Below the pieces are notes generated by a model. That model was given only the letters and a program-made list of their open reading frames with translations. It had not been told where the DNA came from and ran no database searches. A stretch of 64,000 bases of DNA, from contig JBKJLC010000222.1 of assembly GCA_046597055.1 (NCBI GenBank), forward strand, positions 1-64,000, in the 5' to 3' direction. Within the stretch, counting starts at the first letter, position 1; each line of letters opens with the position of its first letter. The stretch is from Kofleriaceae bacterium (lineage in GTDB: Bacteria; Myxococcota_A; Polyangia; Haliangiales; Haliangiaceae). A program made the translations under genes and the position numbers. Of this stretch, positions 8,410 to 20,677 are shown one piece after another.

Positions 8410-8949
8410 ATGACGACGACGCTCGACCAGCTCAAGGAGCGGCTCCCCGACCACGCTCGCGATCTGCGGATCAACCTCGGCGTGATCACCGGCGCGTCGA
8501 GCCTGACGCCGCGGCAGCACTGGGGCAGCGCGCTCGCGGCGGCCATCACCGCGCGCAACCCGGCGGTGATCCGCGCGATCGCGGCCGCGGCCGGAGCGCA
8601 CCTCGACGAGGCCGCCACCCGCGCGAGCGAGAACGCGGCCTCGCTGATGGCGATGAACAACGTGTACTACCGCTTCCTCCACTACCTGGAGGGCGCCGAG
8701 TACGGCCACCTGCCCGCCCGCCTGCGCATGCAGGCGATCGGCAACCCGGGCGTCGACCACGCGGACTTCGAGCTGTGGTGCCTCGCCGCGTCGGCGATCA
8801 ACGGCTGCGAGTCGTGCGTGCGCGCCCATGACAAGGTGGTTCGGGGCAAGGGCATCAGCGCCGCGAACGTGCAGGACGCGGTGCGCATCGCCTCGATCGT
8901 CCACGCGCTGGCGGTGACGCTCGACGGCGTCGCGGCGCTCGCGGCCTGA
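8410..8949 (+). CDS. ahpD: Alkylhydroperoxidase AhpD
   Basis: LPDHARDLRINL, MAMNNVYYRF, FELWCLAASAINGCESCVRAH; follows ahpC. Confidence 0.95.
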   Translation: MTTTLDQLKERLPDHARDLRINLGVITGASSLTPRQHWGSALAAAITARNPAVIRAIAAAAGAHLDEAATRASENAASLMAMNNVYYRFLHYLEGAEYGHLPARLRMQAIGNPGVDHADFELWCLAASAINGCESCVRAHDKVVRGKGISAANVQDAVRIASIVHALAVTLDGVAALAA

Positions 8950-8954
8950 CCCGG

Positions 8955-9164
8955 TCACCGCGTGGGGTCGGCAACACCCTCGGGCAGGACGCAGTGCACG
9001 ACCTCGTTGAGCCCACCCTGGCGGAACGAGGGCGTGACGACCTGGATCCAGCCGGGCCCGACGCTCAGCACGGTGTCGGCCGCCGGCACCGACCCGGTCC
9101 GCGGCGCCACCACGATCTGCTCGACGAGGTCGGTGTGGTTCCATCGTGGCAGCTCGGTCACCAT
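8955..9164 (-). CDS. Small hypothetical protein (69 aa)
   Basis: Fills the gap after ahpD; protein-like composition and GC3 bias; no recognisable motif. Confidence 0.4.
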   Translation of the reverse strand: MVTELPRWNHTDLVEQIVVAPRTGSVPAADTVLSVGPGWIQVVTPSFRQGGLNEVVHCVLPEGVADPTR

Positions 9165-9215
9165 CGCCCGCCCGCATGATGCCTCGAGCGCAGGCGCGTG
9201 CCGAGCAGCCGTCGG

Positions 9216-9401
9216 TCAGAAGTCGAAGTCGCTGTGGTCACCCTGGGTCGAGCTGGCCGCGATCATGAGCAGCATGGTCGCGACGACCACCAGCCGGGCT
9301 GGGCCCGCCAGCAACGCCGCCAGGGCGCCGAAGCCGAAAAACGACATTCCGACCGTGACCGTGAACGCGGTCGCGATCACGTCCAACATCGGCGGCTCCA
9401 T
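9216..9401 (-). CDS. Small two-helix membrane protein (61 aa)
   Basis: Two hydrophobic segments and an acidic tail; sigma54-like promoter 30 nt upstream. Confidence 0.55.
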   Translation of the reverse strand: MEPPMLDVIATAFTVTVGMSFFGFGALAALLAGPARLVVVATMLLMIAASSTQGDHSDFDF

Positions 9402-9430
9402 GTCTGTCCGTCGTCCATTGCTTGGCAAGG

Positions 9431-9446
9431 AGCACGTCGCATGCCA
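9431..9446 (-). promoter_or_regulatory. Putative sigma54 (-24/-12) promoter
   Basis: TGGCATGCGACGTGCT: GG-N10-GC upstream of the small membrane protein gene. Confidence 0.55.
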
Positions 9447-9582
9447 CGCACGTGCCGCGCAACGCCTCGGGCCTCCGTGGACATGACGGCCCGTCGTGCT
9501 CGTGCTGCGCGCGACTTCGCACGCGATGGCGCGCTCTGTGCGCCCGCGCGCAGGGCACCCACGAAAAGCGCTCGGGCCGCGG

Positions 9583-11100
9583 CTACCGGCCCAGGCGCGC
9601 GATGAAGCCGTCGGCCTTCGCGAACTTATCGCCGGCCTTCTGCACCGCGACCGGGCCCGCCGGCCCGAGATCGAGCTTGTAGCGGAACAGGCCCGCGAGC
9701 CGCGCCGCGCCGCCCTCCCCGATCGCCAGCGCCACCGCGCCGTCGTGGTCCCAGTCGCCGAACCGGTGACTCCAAAGCGGCTTGCCGTCGGCGCCGAGCT
9801 TGGCGACCCAGCCGTCGCGGTAGCCCTTGGACTTCAGCGGGGCCCCCCCGACCTCCATCGAGGACTCGAACCAGCCGGCGACGACGACGTTGCCCGCCTT
9901 GTCGACCGCGGCGGCCTGGCCGATGTCCTCGCGGTCGCCGCCGAACGACGTCGCCCACAGCAGCGCGCCGTCCGCGCTGACCCGCGCCACGAACACGTCG
10001 GCCTCGCCCCGGGCGGTGAGCTTGGTGCCGAGGAAGTCGAGCTCCTTGTCGAACGAGCCGGTCAGCGCGATCGCGCCGGCCTGGTCGACCGCGAGGCCCC
10101 CCGCGACCTCCTCGAATGGATTGCCGATGGCCTTGCTCCACGCGTGCGCGCCGGTGCGATCGAAGCGCGCCAGGAACAGGTCGGACGGGCCGATGCCGGC
10201 CAGCGCCCCGCCGCCGAGATCGATCCCGCGGGTGAAGCGCCCGAACAGGAACACGTTGCCGTTGCCGTCGACGTCGAGGTCGTCGATGTAGTCGGAGTAC
10301 TCGCCACCGACCTGGGTGACCCACTCGACCTCGCCGCCGGCGCTCAGCTTGATAAGCGCGGCATCGTCGCCGCCCCGGCTGGTGAGCATGGTGGTGCCGA
10401 CCTGCACCTCTTGCACGAACGACACCGCAACGATCCAGCCGCCCCCGGGGAACGCGGCCAGCGCGGTGGTGTCGTCGGAGCCCTTGCCGCCGGTGGTCCA
10501 CAGCCACTCGACCTCGCCCTTGGCGTCGAGCCCGGCCACGAACAGATCGTCGGAGCCCTTGGTGGTCGCCGACATCGAGCCGGTGGTCAAGGTGTCGGAG
10601 AACAACCCACCGATCGCGATCGCGCCGGTGGCCGCGACCGCGATCTCGCTGGCGCGCTCCTGGTTCTTGCTGCCGAAGGCCGTGACCCAACCGACCGCGC
10701 CCTTGGCGTCGACCCGGGCGACGAAGGCGTCGCTCTTGCCGGCGCTGGTGCGGACGCCGGCGGCGCCGAAGGTCGCCTCGCCCTCGAAGTCGCCGACGAC
10801 CAGGGTGGCGTCGTCGGCGGTGATCGCGAGCGCGCGCGCGACATCGGACTGGGCGCCGCCGATGGTGAGGATCCAGTCCACCGCGCCGGTCGCGCCGCCG
10901 GGATCGGCCTCGAGCGGCGGCAGCGGGCGGGCGGGCGGCGCCAGGGGAGGCGGCGTGGCCGCCGTGGTGCCGGGGCCGGCCGCGGTGGCGGCATCGCGGT
11001 GACTCGCCGGCGCGGCCGTGCCGCCGGTCGGCGATTCCTTCTTGGTGCCACACGCCACGGCGAGGCCGAGGCCAAGGACGAACGGAACGGGGATGCGCAT
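9583..11100 (-). CDS. Lipoprotein with SBBP-like beta-propeller repeats
   Basis: MRIPVPFVLGLGLAVAC lipobox, GGAGG RBS; about 7 repeats of 'D.FVA.LD..G...W....G...D....LAVD..GNV...G.F'. Confidence 0.88.
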   Translation of the reverse strand: MRIPVPFVLGLGLAVACGTKKESPTGGTAAPASHRDAATAAGPGTTAATPPPLAPPARPLPPLEADPGGATGAVDWILTIGGAQSDVARALAITADDATLVVGDFEGEATFGAAGVRTSAGKSDAFVARVDAKGAVGWVTAFGSKNQERASEIAVAATGAIAIGGLFSDTLTTGSMSATTKGSDDLFVAGLDAKGEVEWLWTTGGKGSDDTTALAAFPGGGWIVAVSFVQEVQVGTTMLTSRGGDDAALIKLSAGGEVEWVTQVGGEYSDYIDDLDVDGNGNVFLFGRFTRGIDLGGGALAGIGPSDLFLARFDRTGAHAWSKAIGNPFEEVAGGLAVDQAGAIALTGSFDKELDFLGTKLTARGEADVFVARVSADGALLWATSFGGDREDIGQAAAVDKAGNVVVAGWFESSMEVGGAPLKSKGYRDGWVAKLGADGKPLWSHRFGDWDHDGAVALAIGEGGAARLAGLFRYKLDLGPAGPVAVQKAGDKFAKADGFIARLGR

Positions 11101-11257
11101 GTTCACCTCCCGGACACGGCGACCCGCGGCCGGATGCAACGAGAACGTCGATAACGATGTCACGACGTGCGCGGCGGCGGCAATCGAGGGCCCGCTCACT
11201 TGGCGGGAACCGGCCCGCGGCCCGGTTGTCCAAGGCCGGCTGGCGTATGGTCCTCGC

Positions 11258-13459
11258 ATGCGATTCGCTGCGATGGTTGCTCTCGTGTCGTCGAGCCTTG
11301 CCGTGGCGGCGAGCCTCACCGGATGTCCGCGGACCGCAACGCAGCCGCCCGCGCCCGCCGGCCTGGCCCGCGAAGACCGCCTGCAGATCGCGCGGCTCGA
11401 GGCCCAGCGCGAGGCCGGCGTGCCCCGGCTGGTCGAGCTCGCCAGCGATCGATCGCCGGCGCGCCGCGCGCTCGCGCTGCGCGCGCTCGGCCGGATCGGC
11501 GGTCGCGACGCGGTGACCGCGCTGCGCGCACGCCTGGGCGGCGACGACGCCGCCGGCGCCGCCGCCGCGCTCGGGCTGATCGGCGCGACCGGGGGGCTCG
11601 AGCCGGCCGAGGCCACCGCGATCGCCCGCGACCTCGCCGCGGTCGGCGGCCGCGGCACCACCCGGGCCGCCGTGGTCGAGGCGCTCGGCCGGCTCGGAGC
11701 CGCCGAGGCCCTGCCGACCCTGGCCACCGCCATCGGCAGCGACGACGTCGCGGTCGCGACCGCGAGCGGCCTGGCGCTGGCCCGGCTGGCCCGCGCCAAG
11801 ATCGCGCTCGACGAGACCACCGAGCTCGCGGTGATGGCCCGCACCCGCGACGACGACGCCGGCGTGCGCCACGCCGCGACCCTCGCGCTCGGCCGCGCGT
11901 ACCTCGACCCGGCCACGCCGCCGCCGGCCGCGACCGATCCGGTGGTGCGGGCCCTGCGCGCGAGCCTGGGCGACAGCGATCCGCTGGTGCGCGCGGCCGC
12001 GGTGCAGGGGCTCGCCGCGCGCCGCGCGGTGCCGGTGACCACGCCGCCGCTGCTCGATCGGCTCGACGACTCGGACTGGCGGGTCGCGGTCGAGCTGGTG
12101 CGTGCGCTCGGCGGCGCCTCGGGCACCGCCGAGACCCGGATCGCGCTGATCCCGTACCTGGCCCGGCTCGCCGGCGAGTGGTCGGCCGGTCGGCTCGCGC
12201 CCGCGTTCGCGCACCCGCTGCTCGAGGGCCTGCGCCAGCTGCCCGAGCGCGCCGGCGAGCCCAAGGTGCGCGCGCTCCTGGTCTCGATCGCGCGCGCGTA
12301 CGCCGACGATCCGCCGGCGCGCCGGGCGCCGCCGCTGCGGCTCGCCAGCGCCTGGGTGAGCTGCCTGGCGCTGACCGCGCTGGCCCGCCCGATCGCGACG
12401 GTGCCGCCCGGCGACGCGTTCGGCGATCCATCGATCGCGCTGTCGCAGCTGGCGACCTGCGGCACCGGGCTGGTGCCCGACCACGAGGTCCAGCGGCTGT
12501 CGATCGAGGTGATCGCCGCCGGTGGCGCCAGCGATCCGGCCCGGCGGCTCGCGCAGGCCGCCCACCACGGCGATCCGCGGATCGCCGCGGCCGCGGTCCT
12601 GCTGCTGCCGCCGCGGTGGACCGCGGCCAGCGCCGCCGATCGCATCACGATGCGCGACGCGATCACGGCTGCGCTCGCGCGCACCGAGGCCGCGATCGCC
12701 GGGCCGGCCGCCGAGGCCGCCGGCGCGCTGCTCGCCGCCCAGGGCACCGGCGGGGATCTGGCGCCGCTCGCGGCCGCGGTGGTCGCCCGCCTGAGCACGG
12801 CCGGCGCCGACGTCGAGCTCACGACCACGGTCATGACCGCGGTCGCCAGCGCCAAGCTCGACGCGCTGCCGACCTGCCAGCGGATGCGCGCCGACGGCAA
12901 CCCGGCCCTGCGCCGGGCCGCGCGCGACTGCGTGATCGCGCTCACCGGCGACGATCCGGGCCCGGCCACCGCGGCGACCGCGCCGGTGCCGCCGCCGGTC
13001 GACGTCCTGGCCGGCCTCGGCGCCAAGGTGTGGCGGCTGTCGACCACCCAGGGCGAGGTGGTCATCGCGCTCGCCGGCGATCTCGCGCCGTGGCACGTCG
13101 CGTCGGTGGTCGCGTTGACCAAGGAGGGCTTCTACGACGGGCTGGCGTTCCATCGCGTGGTCCCCGACTTCGTCGTGCAGGGCGGCGATCCGACCGGCAC
13201 CGGCTGGGGCGGGCCCGGCTACGTGCTGCCGTCGGAGGTCGGCTCGAGCCTCGACGCGCCAGCCCCGATCTTCGACCCGGGCGCGCTCGGCATCGCCGAC
13301 GCCGGCAAGGACACCGGCGGCTCGCAGTGGTTCGCGATGCACGGGCGCACCCCGCACCTCGACGGCCGCTACACCTGGATCGGCCGCGTGACCGAGGGCC
13401 AGGAGATCATCGATCGGCTGCAGATCGGCGATCGCATCGTGCGCGCCAAGATCGAGTAG
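11258..13459 (+). CDS. HEAT-repeat / cyclophilin-type peptidyl-prolyl isomerase lipoprotein
   Basis: LTGC lipobox; HEAT repeats (D.D..VR.AA..ALG); C-terminal GFYDGLAFHRVVPDFVVQGGDPTGTGWGGPGY..DTGGSQWF..PHLDGRYT. Confidence 0.9.
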   Translation: MRFAAMVALVSSSLAVAASLTGCPRTATQPPAPAGLAREDRLQIARLEAQREAGVPRLVELASDRSPARRALALRALGRIGGRDAVTALRARLGGDDAAGAAAALGLIGATGGLEPAEATAIARDLAAVGGRGTTRAAVVEALGRLGAAEALPTLATAIGSDDVAVATASGLALARLARAKIALDETTELAVMARTRDDDAGVRHAATLALGRAYLDPATPPPAATDPVVRALRASLGDSDPLVRAAAVQGLAARRAVPVTTPPLLDRLDDSDWRVAVELVRALGGASGTAETRIALIPYLARLAGEWSAGRLAPAFAHPLLEGLRQLPERAGEPKVRALLVSIARAYADDPPARRAPPLRLASAWVSCLALTALARPIATVPPGDAFGDPSIALSQLATCGTGLVPDHEVQRLSIEVIAAGGASDPARRLAQAAHHGDPRIAAAAVLLLPPRWTAASAADRITMRDAITAALARTEAAIAGPAAEAAGALLAAQGTGGDLAPLAAAVVARLSTAGADVELTTTVMTAVASAKLDALPTCQRMRADGNPALRRAARDCVIALTGDDPGPATAATAPVPPPVDVLAGLGAKVWRLSTTQGEVVIALAGDLAPWHVASVVALTKEGFYDGLAFHRVVPDFVVQGGDPTGTGWGGPGYVLPSEVGSSLDAPAPIFDPGALGIADAGKDTGGSQWFAMHGRTPHLDGRYTWIGRVTEGQEIIDRLQIGDRIVRAKIE

Positions 13460-13492
13460 CGCGCGCAACGGCGCCGGCCTGATCAGCCGCCG

Positions 13493-14077
13493 TCAGGTGA
13501 CCTCGGGCACGACCCGGTCGAACAGCGCCGCCCAGCGCTCGACCAGCGCCGGGTCGACGTCGTGCAGGCGCTCGTGCAGGTGGCGGTGGCGGGCGTCGAG
13601 CCCGACCCCGTCGACCCAGAAGAAGTGCACCGCGAACTGGCCGCGCGCCTGCCGGGCCGCCGCGCGGGTCGCGTAGAACGCGGCGATCGCCTGGTGCATC
13701 GCGGCGCGATCGCGCGCCGGGTCGACGCCGCGGCCGGCGCGCAGCGTGGCCGCCAGCTGCGACAGCGTGTCCTCGAGGCGCTGCTCGAGATCGGGCCGCG
13801 GCGCGTGCGCCCACGCCAGCGCGTCGGAAGCGCGGGCGGCCGCCAGGGTCGCGCCCGCGTTCGACGGCACCAGCGGCGCCGGCACCCCGGTCGCAGCGCC
13901 GACCGCGCGGATCCGCTCGATGTCGACGTCCTCGTCGTCGAGGTCCTCGAAGGCGGGGTCGCGGTCGAAGTTGACCCGGTACGAGCCATCCTCGTGGATC
14001 GCCACGATCCGGCCGCGATACCAGTCGCCATCGCGCTCGATCTCGACCGCCTGGCCGGCGCTGTACCTGATCGGCAT
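13493..14077 (-). CDS. Protein with N-terminal Tudor/Agenet-like domain
   Basis: YSAGQAVEIERDGDWYRGRIVAIHEDGSYRVNFD...EDVDIERIR fits the Tudor/Agenet beta-barrel pattern; helical C-terminal region unknown. Confidence 0.65.
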   Translation of the reverse strand: MPIRYSAGQAVEIERDGDWYRGRIVAIHEDGSYRVNFDRDPAFEDLDDEDVDIERIRAVGAATGVPAPLVPSNAGATLAAARASDALAWAHAPRPDLEQRLEDTLSQLAATLRAGRGVDPARDRAAMHQAIAAFYATRAAARQARGQFAVHFFWVDGVGLDARHRHLHERLHDVDPALVERWAALFDRVVPEVT

Positions 14078-14134
14078 CCCGAGAGGGTAGCGCGAGCGCG
14101 GATCACCGGCGGGGCGTCACCGGCGCGAAAGACG

Positions 14135-14899
<765 letters not shown>

Positions 14900-14957
14900 G
14901 GCTCAACTGTACGGGATCGAACCCCGCCGGTCGAACCACACCTCGGGGGTCACCCGG

Positions 14958-15518
14958 TCAGAAGCAGGTATCGCTGACGACGCCGGTGTGCTGGCAGTGG
15001 ACCTCGGGATCGGTCGACGCCGCGGTCATGTGATAAATGCGACACGACCGGCTGTCACCGGTGGTCACGTTGGCCGTGAACGGCGGGTCGGCGACGAAGC
15101 CGGCGCAGGCGCTGGCGCACTCGCCCGGCGAGGCGTACGGCGGCCGGCGCTCGTCACCGCAGATCGCCAGCGTGGCGGCGCAGAAGCTCTCGCAGTTGTC
15201 GCCGCACACGCCGTTGCCGCCGGGCCCGGCGTTGCGGCAGGCGGTGCCGGTGTCGTCGCGCTCGGCGATCGCGGCCCAGAAGGTGCGGCATTCGATCGTG
15301 TTGCCGGCCGGGACCTCGGGATCGCCGACCCCCATCGTCGCGCAGGTCGCCGCGCAGTTGTCGATCGCGGAGTACTGCGAGTCGTCGCCCGAGCAGTTGC
15401 GCATCACCAGGCGGCAGTAGTCCTGGCACGGCCCCTCGGTCTCGTCGACCGATGCGCCACCGCAGGCGGCGAGCGCACACCCGAACAGCAGCACGGCCAC
15501 CCCGCGGAGGAACAACAT
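14958..15518 (-). CDS. Cys-rich myxobacterial lipoprotein with two internal repeats
   Basis: LAAC lipobox; duplicated 'C..(Y/F)C......C.....Y.....C...C......G....CR' unit. Confidence 0.8.
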   Translation of the reverse strand: MLFLRGVAVLLFGCALAACGGASVDETEGPCQDYCRLVMRNCSGDDSQYSAIDNCAATCATMGVGDPEVPAGNTIECRTFWAAIAERDDTGTACRNAGPGGNGVCGDNCESFCAATLAICGDERRPPYASPGECASACAGFVADPPFTANVTTGDSRSCRIYHMTAASTDPEVHCQHTGVVSDTCF

Positions 15519-15669
15519 CGGCGGCCATCGTACCACCGCGGCACCGATCGACCGGCTTCTCGGTCGACCTCTCGCTCGCCAGCCGCGAGGTGATCGAGGG
15601 GCTCAGCGCCCAGCGCGGGCCGCCGCGCGAGCGTTGGTAGCGCGGACGGCCCCGGGCGCAGCGACGGCT

Positions 15670-17610
15670 TCAGGCCACCGCGCCCCCCTCCTCGTCGAGC
15701 ACCCCGCGCAGCGTGGCGAGCAGCGTCGCGATGGCCAGCGGCTTGGCGAGCGAGGCACGGGTCCCCGCCATTGGCTCGGGGTGCCCGGTGATGCCGATGA
15801 TCTTGATCCGCGGATCGTGGGCGAGCAGCTCGGGCAACGCCGCGGTGCCTGACATCCTCGGCATCGCCTGGTCGAGGATGACCGCGTCGAAGCGGGCGCC
15901 GGGCGCCCGGAACTGCTCGACCGCGTCGCGGCCGTCGGTCGCGGTGGTCACGCGATAGCCGGCCTCGCGCAGGACCCGCCCGATGATGCTCCGCAGCGCG
16001 TCCTCGTCGTCCACGACCAGGACGTGCTCGCTGCCGCGGACCAGGTCCGGCAGCGAGGTCGCCGCCGGCGCCGGCGGTTCGGCGGCGCTCGCCGGCAACA
16101 GGATCGTGAACGTGGTGCCCTGGCCCAGGCGCGACGCGCATGCGACGAAGCCGCCGGCGTCGCGCACGGCGCCGAACGCGCTGGAGAGCCCGATGCCGGT
16201 GCCCTTGCCGATCGGCTTGGTGGTGAAGAACGGCTCGAACACGCGCTGGCGCGTCGCCTCGTCCATGCCGCAGCCGTTGTCGCTGACCTGGATGCGAACG
16301 TGCTCGAGGTGCTGGGGCGATCCCTGGGCCTGCAACAGGGGCGCGCCCGCCGCGACCCGGTCGATCACGACGTCGATGTGCGGCTCGCGGCCGGTGGTCT
16401 CCAGCGCATCGCGGGCGTTGAGGAGCATGTTCAGCACCGCCTGCTCGAGCTGGACCGCGTCGATCTCGACCGGCGGCAGCGACGGCGCGGCCGCGACGGT
16501 CACGTCGATGCGGTGGTCGAGGGCGCTGCGAGCAATGGCGATGGTCCGCCCGACCACGTCGGCCACCTGCGTGGCGCCCGAAGCCGCGCGTGGCCGGTTG
16601 CCCGCGAACTGCATGAGCTGCCGGACGAGCTCGGCGGCGCGGACGGAGGCCGCGCGCGCCGCGTCGATCAGTGGGTGCGCGTCGGTCGGGGCGCTGCACA
16701 TCGCCAGCTCGAGCGACGGCAGGATGACGGCCAGCATGTTGTTGAAGTTGTGCGCGACCCCGGCCGTGAGCCGGCCGACGGCCTCGAGGTTCTGGGCCTG
16801 CCGGGCCTGCTCGTCGGTCGCGCGCCGCTGGGTCACGTCGAGGAAGCCGCCGATGACCGTGGCGATGCGGCCGCCGTCGTCGCGCAGGGCTGCGCCCTGC
16901 GACGCTACCCAACGCACCGTCCCGTCGCGCCGGACGATCCGGAACTCGAAGGGCAGCGGCAAGCCGCCGGCCTCGAGCTCGGCCAGGACGGCGCGCACGC
17001 GCGCCTGGTCGTCGGGGTGGATGAGGGTCAGGAGCGCCGCGGAGCTGCGCGTGCCCTCGTCCGCGCGAAGGCCTGCGATCCGGCCGCAGGTCTCGTCCCA
17101 GGTCAGACGATCGGTCGCGACCTCCCACGACCACAGCCCCATGCCGCTGGCGCTGACGGACAGCCGCAGCTTGGCCTCGCTCTCCCGCAGCTCGTGCTCG
17201 GCGCGCTTCATCGCGCTGACGTCGGTGAGCACGAGCGTGAGCGCGGCGACCCGGTCCCCGTCGCGGATCGGGCCGACCCGCACGAAGAAGTACGCGCCGA
17301 TGCCCTGCGCCTCGTACGCATCGGGAACCCCGGTGGCGATCACGCGCGCATAGCAGTCGCGCGCGACCTGGTGAAACGGCGCCGCGATGAACTCGAAGAC
17401 ACTGTGACCGACCAAGTCCTCGGGGCGATAGCCCTCGCCGGTCCGGTTGACGTACAGCACCGTGCCGTCCGACGCGATCCGCACGATGAAGTCCGGCGCG
17501 CTATCGAGGATCGAGCGCAGGAAGCCGGCGTCCGCCCCGAGCCTCGCCACCTCGCGCTCGAGCTCGGTGATCCGTCGCGTTGGGTCTGCGTGCGTCATCG
17601 CGCTGGACAT
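15670..17610 (-). CDS. Hybrid PAS-PAS histidine kinase with receiver domain
   Basis: Two PAS domains, H-box GVAHNFNNML, N-box LNMLLNARDA, DNGCGM, FEPFFTTK..GKGTGIGL, REC VLVVDDE/ILDQAMP; alternative start at 17598. Confidence 0.95.
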   Translation of the reverse strand: MSSAMTHADPTRRITELEREVARLGADAGFLRSILDSAPDFIVRIASDGTVLYVNRTGEGYRPEDLVGHSVFEFIAAPFHQVARDCYARVIATGVPDAYEAQGIGAYFFVRVGPIRDGDRVAALTLVLTDVSAMKRAEHELRESEAKLRLSVSASGMGLWSWEVATDRLTWDETCGRIAGLRADEGTRSSAALLTLIHPDDQARVRAVLAELEAGGLPLPFEFRIVRRDGTVRWVASQGAALRDDGGRIATVIGGFLDVTQRRATDEQARQAQNLEAVGRLTAGVAHNFNNMLAVILPSLELAMCSAPTDAHPLIDAARAASVRAAELVRQLMQFAGNRPRAASGATQVADVVGRTIAIARSALDHRIDVTVAAAPSLPPVEIDAVQLEQAVLNMLLNARDALETTGREPHIDVVIDRVAAGAPLLQAQGSPQHLEHVRIQVSDNGCGMDEATRQRVFEPFFTTKPIGKGTGIGLSSAFGAVRDAGGFVACASRLGQGTTFTILLPASAAEPPAPAATSLPDLVRGSEHVLVVDDEDALRSIIGRVLREAGYRVTTATDGRDAVEQFRAPGARFDAVILDQAMPRMSGTAALPELLAHDPRIKIIGITGHPEPMAGTRASLAKPLAIATLLATLRGVLDEEGGAVA

Positions 17611-17881
17611 TCTGCCCGGTCCCGGCCGGTCACGGTGGCGCGACCGGGCGTTCTCGACGCTGGGAGATGCCCCGATCAGGTCGCGGCTGGCCCGGGCCGC
17701 AATCGGCGGCCACGGCTCGCAGCGCCTGGCGGTCGCTGCGCTCGGCTCGACAGCCCGGCCCTATCGTCGCCTGATAGTCGGCGCGGCGCGCCCTGCTTGT
17801 CGACCGTCCAGGCTACGATCGTCCGCTGAGCCTCCCGGTCCGGGAGGCGCGAACCTTCGACGGGGGAGGCACTACGTGCGC

Positions 17882-18163
17882 ATGAAGACGTCCTGGAGCC
17901 TGGTGTTCGCCGCGGCCGTTGCGATCGGCTGTTCGAAGCCTGCGGCCCCGCCCGGGTCGCCGACCGGTGGCGGCGAGGTCACGCCCGCGGATGGCGCCAC
18001 CGAGGGGGCCAAGGTCGTCTGCCACCTCTCCTGTTCCGGAACCGAGGCCAAGGGCTACGGCGCGACCGAGGAGGAAGCCCGCACCGACGTCGGCCAGCAC
18101 ATCAAGACGAACTGCAAGCCCGAGGACGGGCAGTACTTCATCTTCTGCGATCCGCCGAAGTAG
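17882..18163 (+). CDS. Small lipoprotein (93 aa)
   Basis: MKTSWSLVFAAAVAIGC lipobox, four further Cys, GGAGG upstream. Confidence 0.75.
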   Translation: MKTSWSLVFAAAVAIGCSKPAAPPGSPTGGGEVTPADGATEGAKVVCHLSCSGTEAKGYGATEEEARTDVGQHIKTNCKPEDGQYFIFCDPPK

Positions 18164-19153
18164 CCGCACACGGCCCGATCGGCGCCGGCGCTGGGGTAGA
18201 TGCGGTGGTGCCAGACGGACACCGCCTGCCGTGCGACGGCGGTGGTCAGTCCAGACGGGGCTGGCCGGCGCCCGGTGGGCACCGACTACGTCTGTCAGGC
18301 CTGCGGGTACGCAGTGACGATCAGCCAGCCGGGCAACGCTGCGATCGACGGCGAGGCACGGCGGATCGTTGATGCAATTTCGACGCGGTGCATTAGGGTG
18401 ACGACGTGCTCACCGCCGCCGCTGCTGACGTCGATGTCGACGCCGCGCTCGTCCACCTGGCTGCGCACGGCTGGGCGCGGATCGGCGTGGTCGCCGCCCC
18501 CGACGCCTTGTCCGCCCTGCGGACGAGCGCCGACGCGCTGATGGACGTACCCCGGGCCGGGCTGTTCTACCAGCACGACTCGGCGACCGGCGCCTACGAG
18601 GACCTCAGGTTCCGCGATGGCCACATCGGGGCGTCGCGCGCGTACCGCAAGATCGAGGGCCTCGAGCGCGATCCGGCGATGCTGGCGTGGATCGAGAACC
18701 CGCTGTTCGCGCGGATCGCGGCCGCGGCGATCGCCGGACCGGTGGCGGTCTGTCGCGCGGTGCTGTGGAACAAGATCGCGCAGGGCGGCACCGAGCTGCC
18801 GTGGCACCAGGACGGCGGCAAGTTCTGGGGACTGACCGCGCAGCCGACGCTGCAGGTCTGGACCGCGCTCGACGACGCGCCGGTCGCCAGTGGTTGCGTC
18901 GAGGTGGTGCCCGGGACCCACGCCGGCGGCCTGGCCACCCGCGAGGGCGGCACGATCCCGGCGGCGCTGTCGGAGCCGCGGCTGGCCGACGCGATCATGC
19001 TGCCGGCGGTCGCTGGCGAGGTGCTGCTGCTGCACAACCTGGTGTGGCACCGGTCGCGGCGCAACACGACCGATCACGCGCGGCGCGCGCTGTCGGTGTG
19101 CCTGATGAGCAACGACGTGCGCTGCACCCGGACCCGGCGCGCGCCCCGCCAGT

Positions 19154-20673
<1,520 letters not shown>

Positions 20674-20677
<4 letters not shown>

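Noticed and set aside
9583..13122. Long N-terminal extensions in the ORF track (also for the ORFs at 532, 28787, 38807, 40104, 40425, 53133, 56083, 57353)
   Set aside because: Extensions overlap other well-supported genes; signal peptides, RBS or -10 boxes and domain starts indicate downstream start codons
15520..15535. GG-N10-GC sigma54-like match (TGGTACGATGGCCGCC)
   Set aside because: Would place the TSS inside the CDS; better explained as an extended -10 (TGnTACGAT) leaderless promoter
18200..18541. 113-aa ORF with a CQACG zinc-ribbon-like motif
   Set aside because: Overlaps the PhyH gene by 136 nt and spans its putative promoter; weak codon bias; at most a remnant
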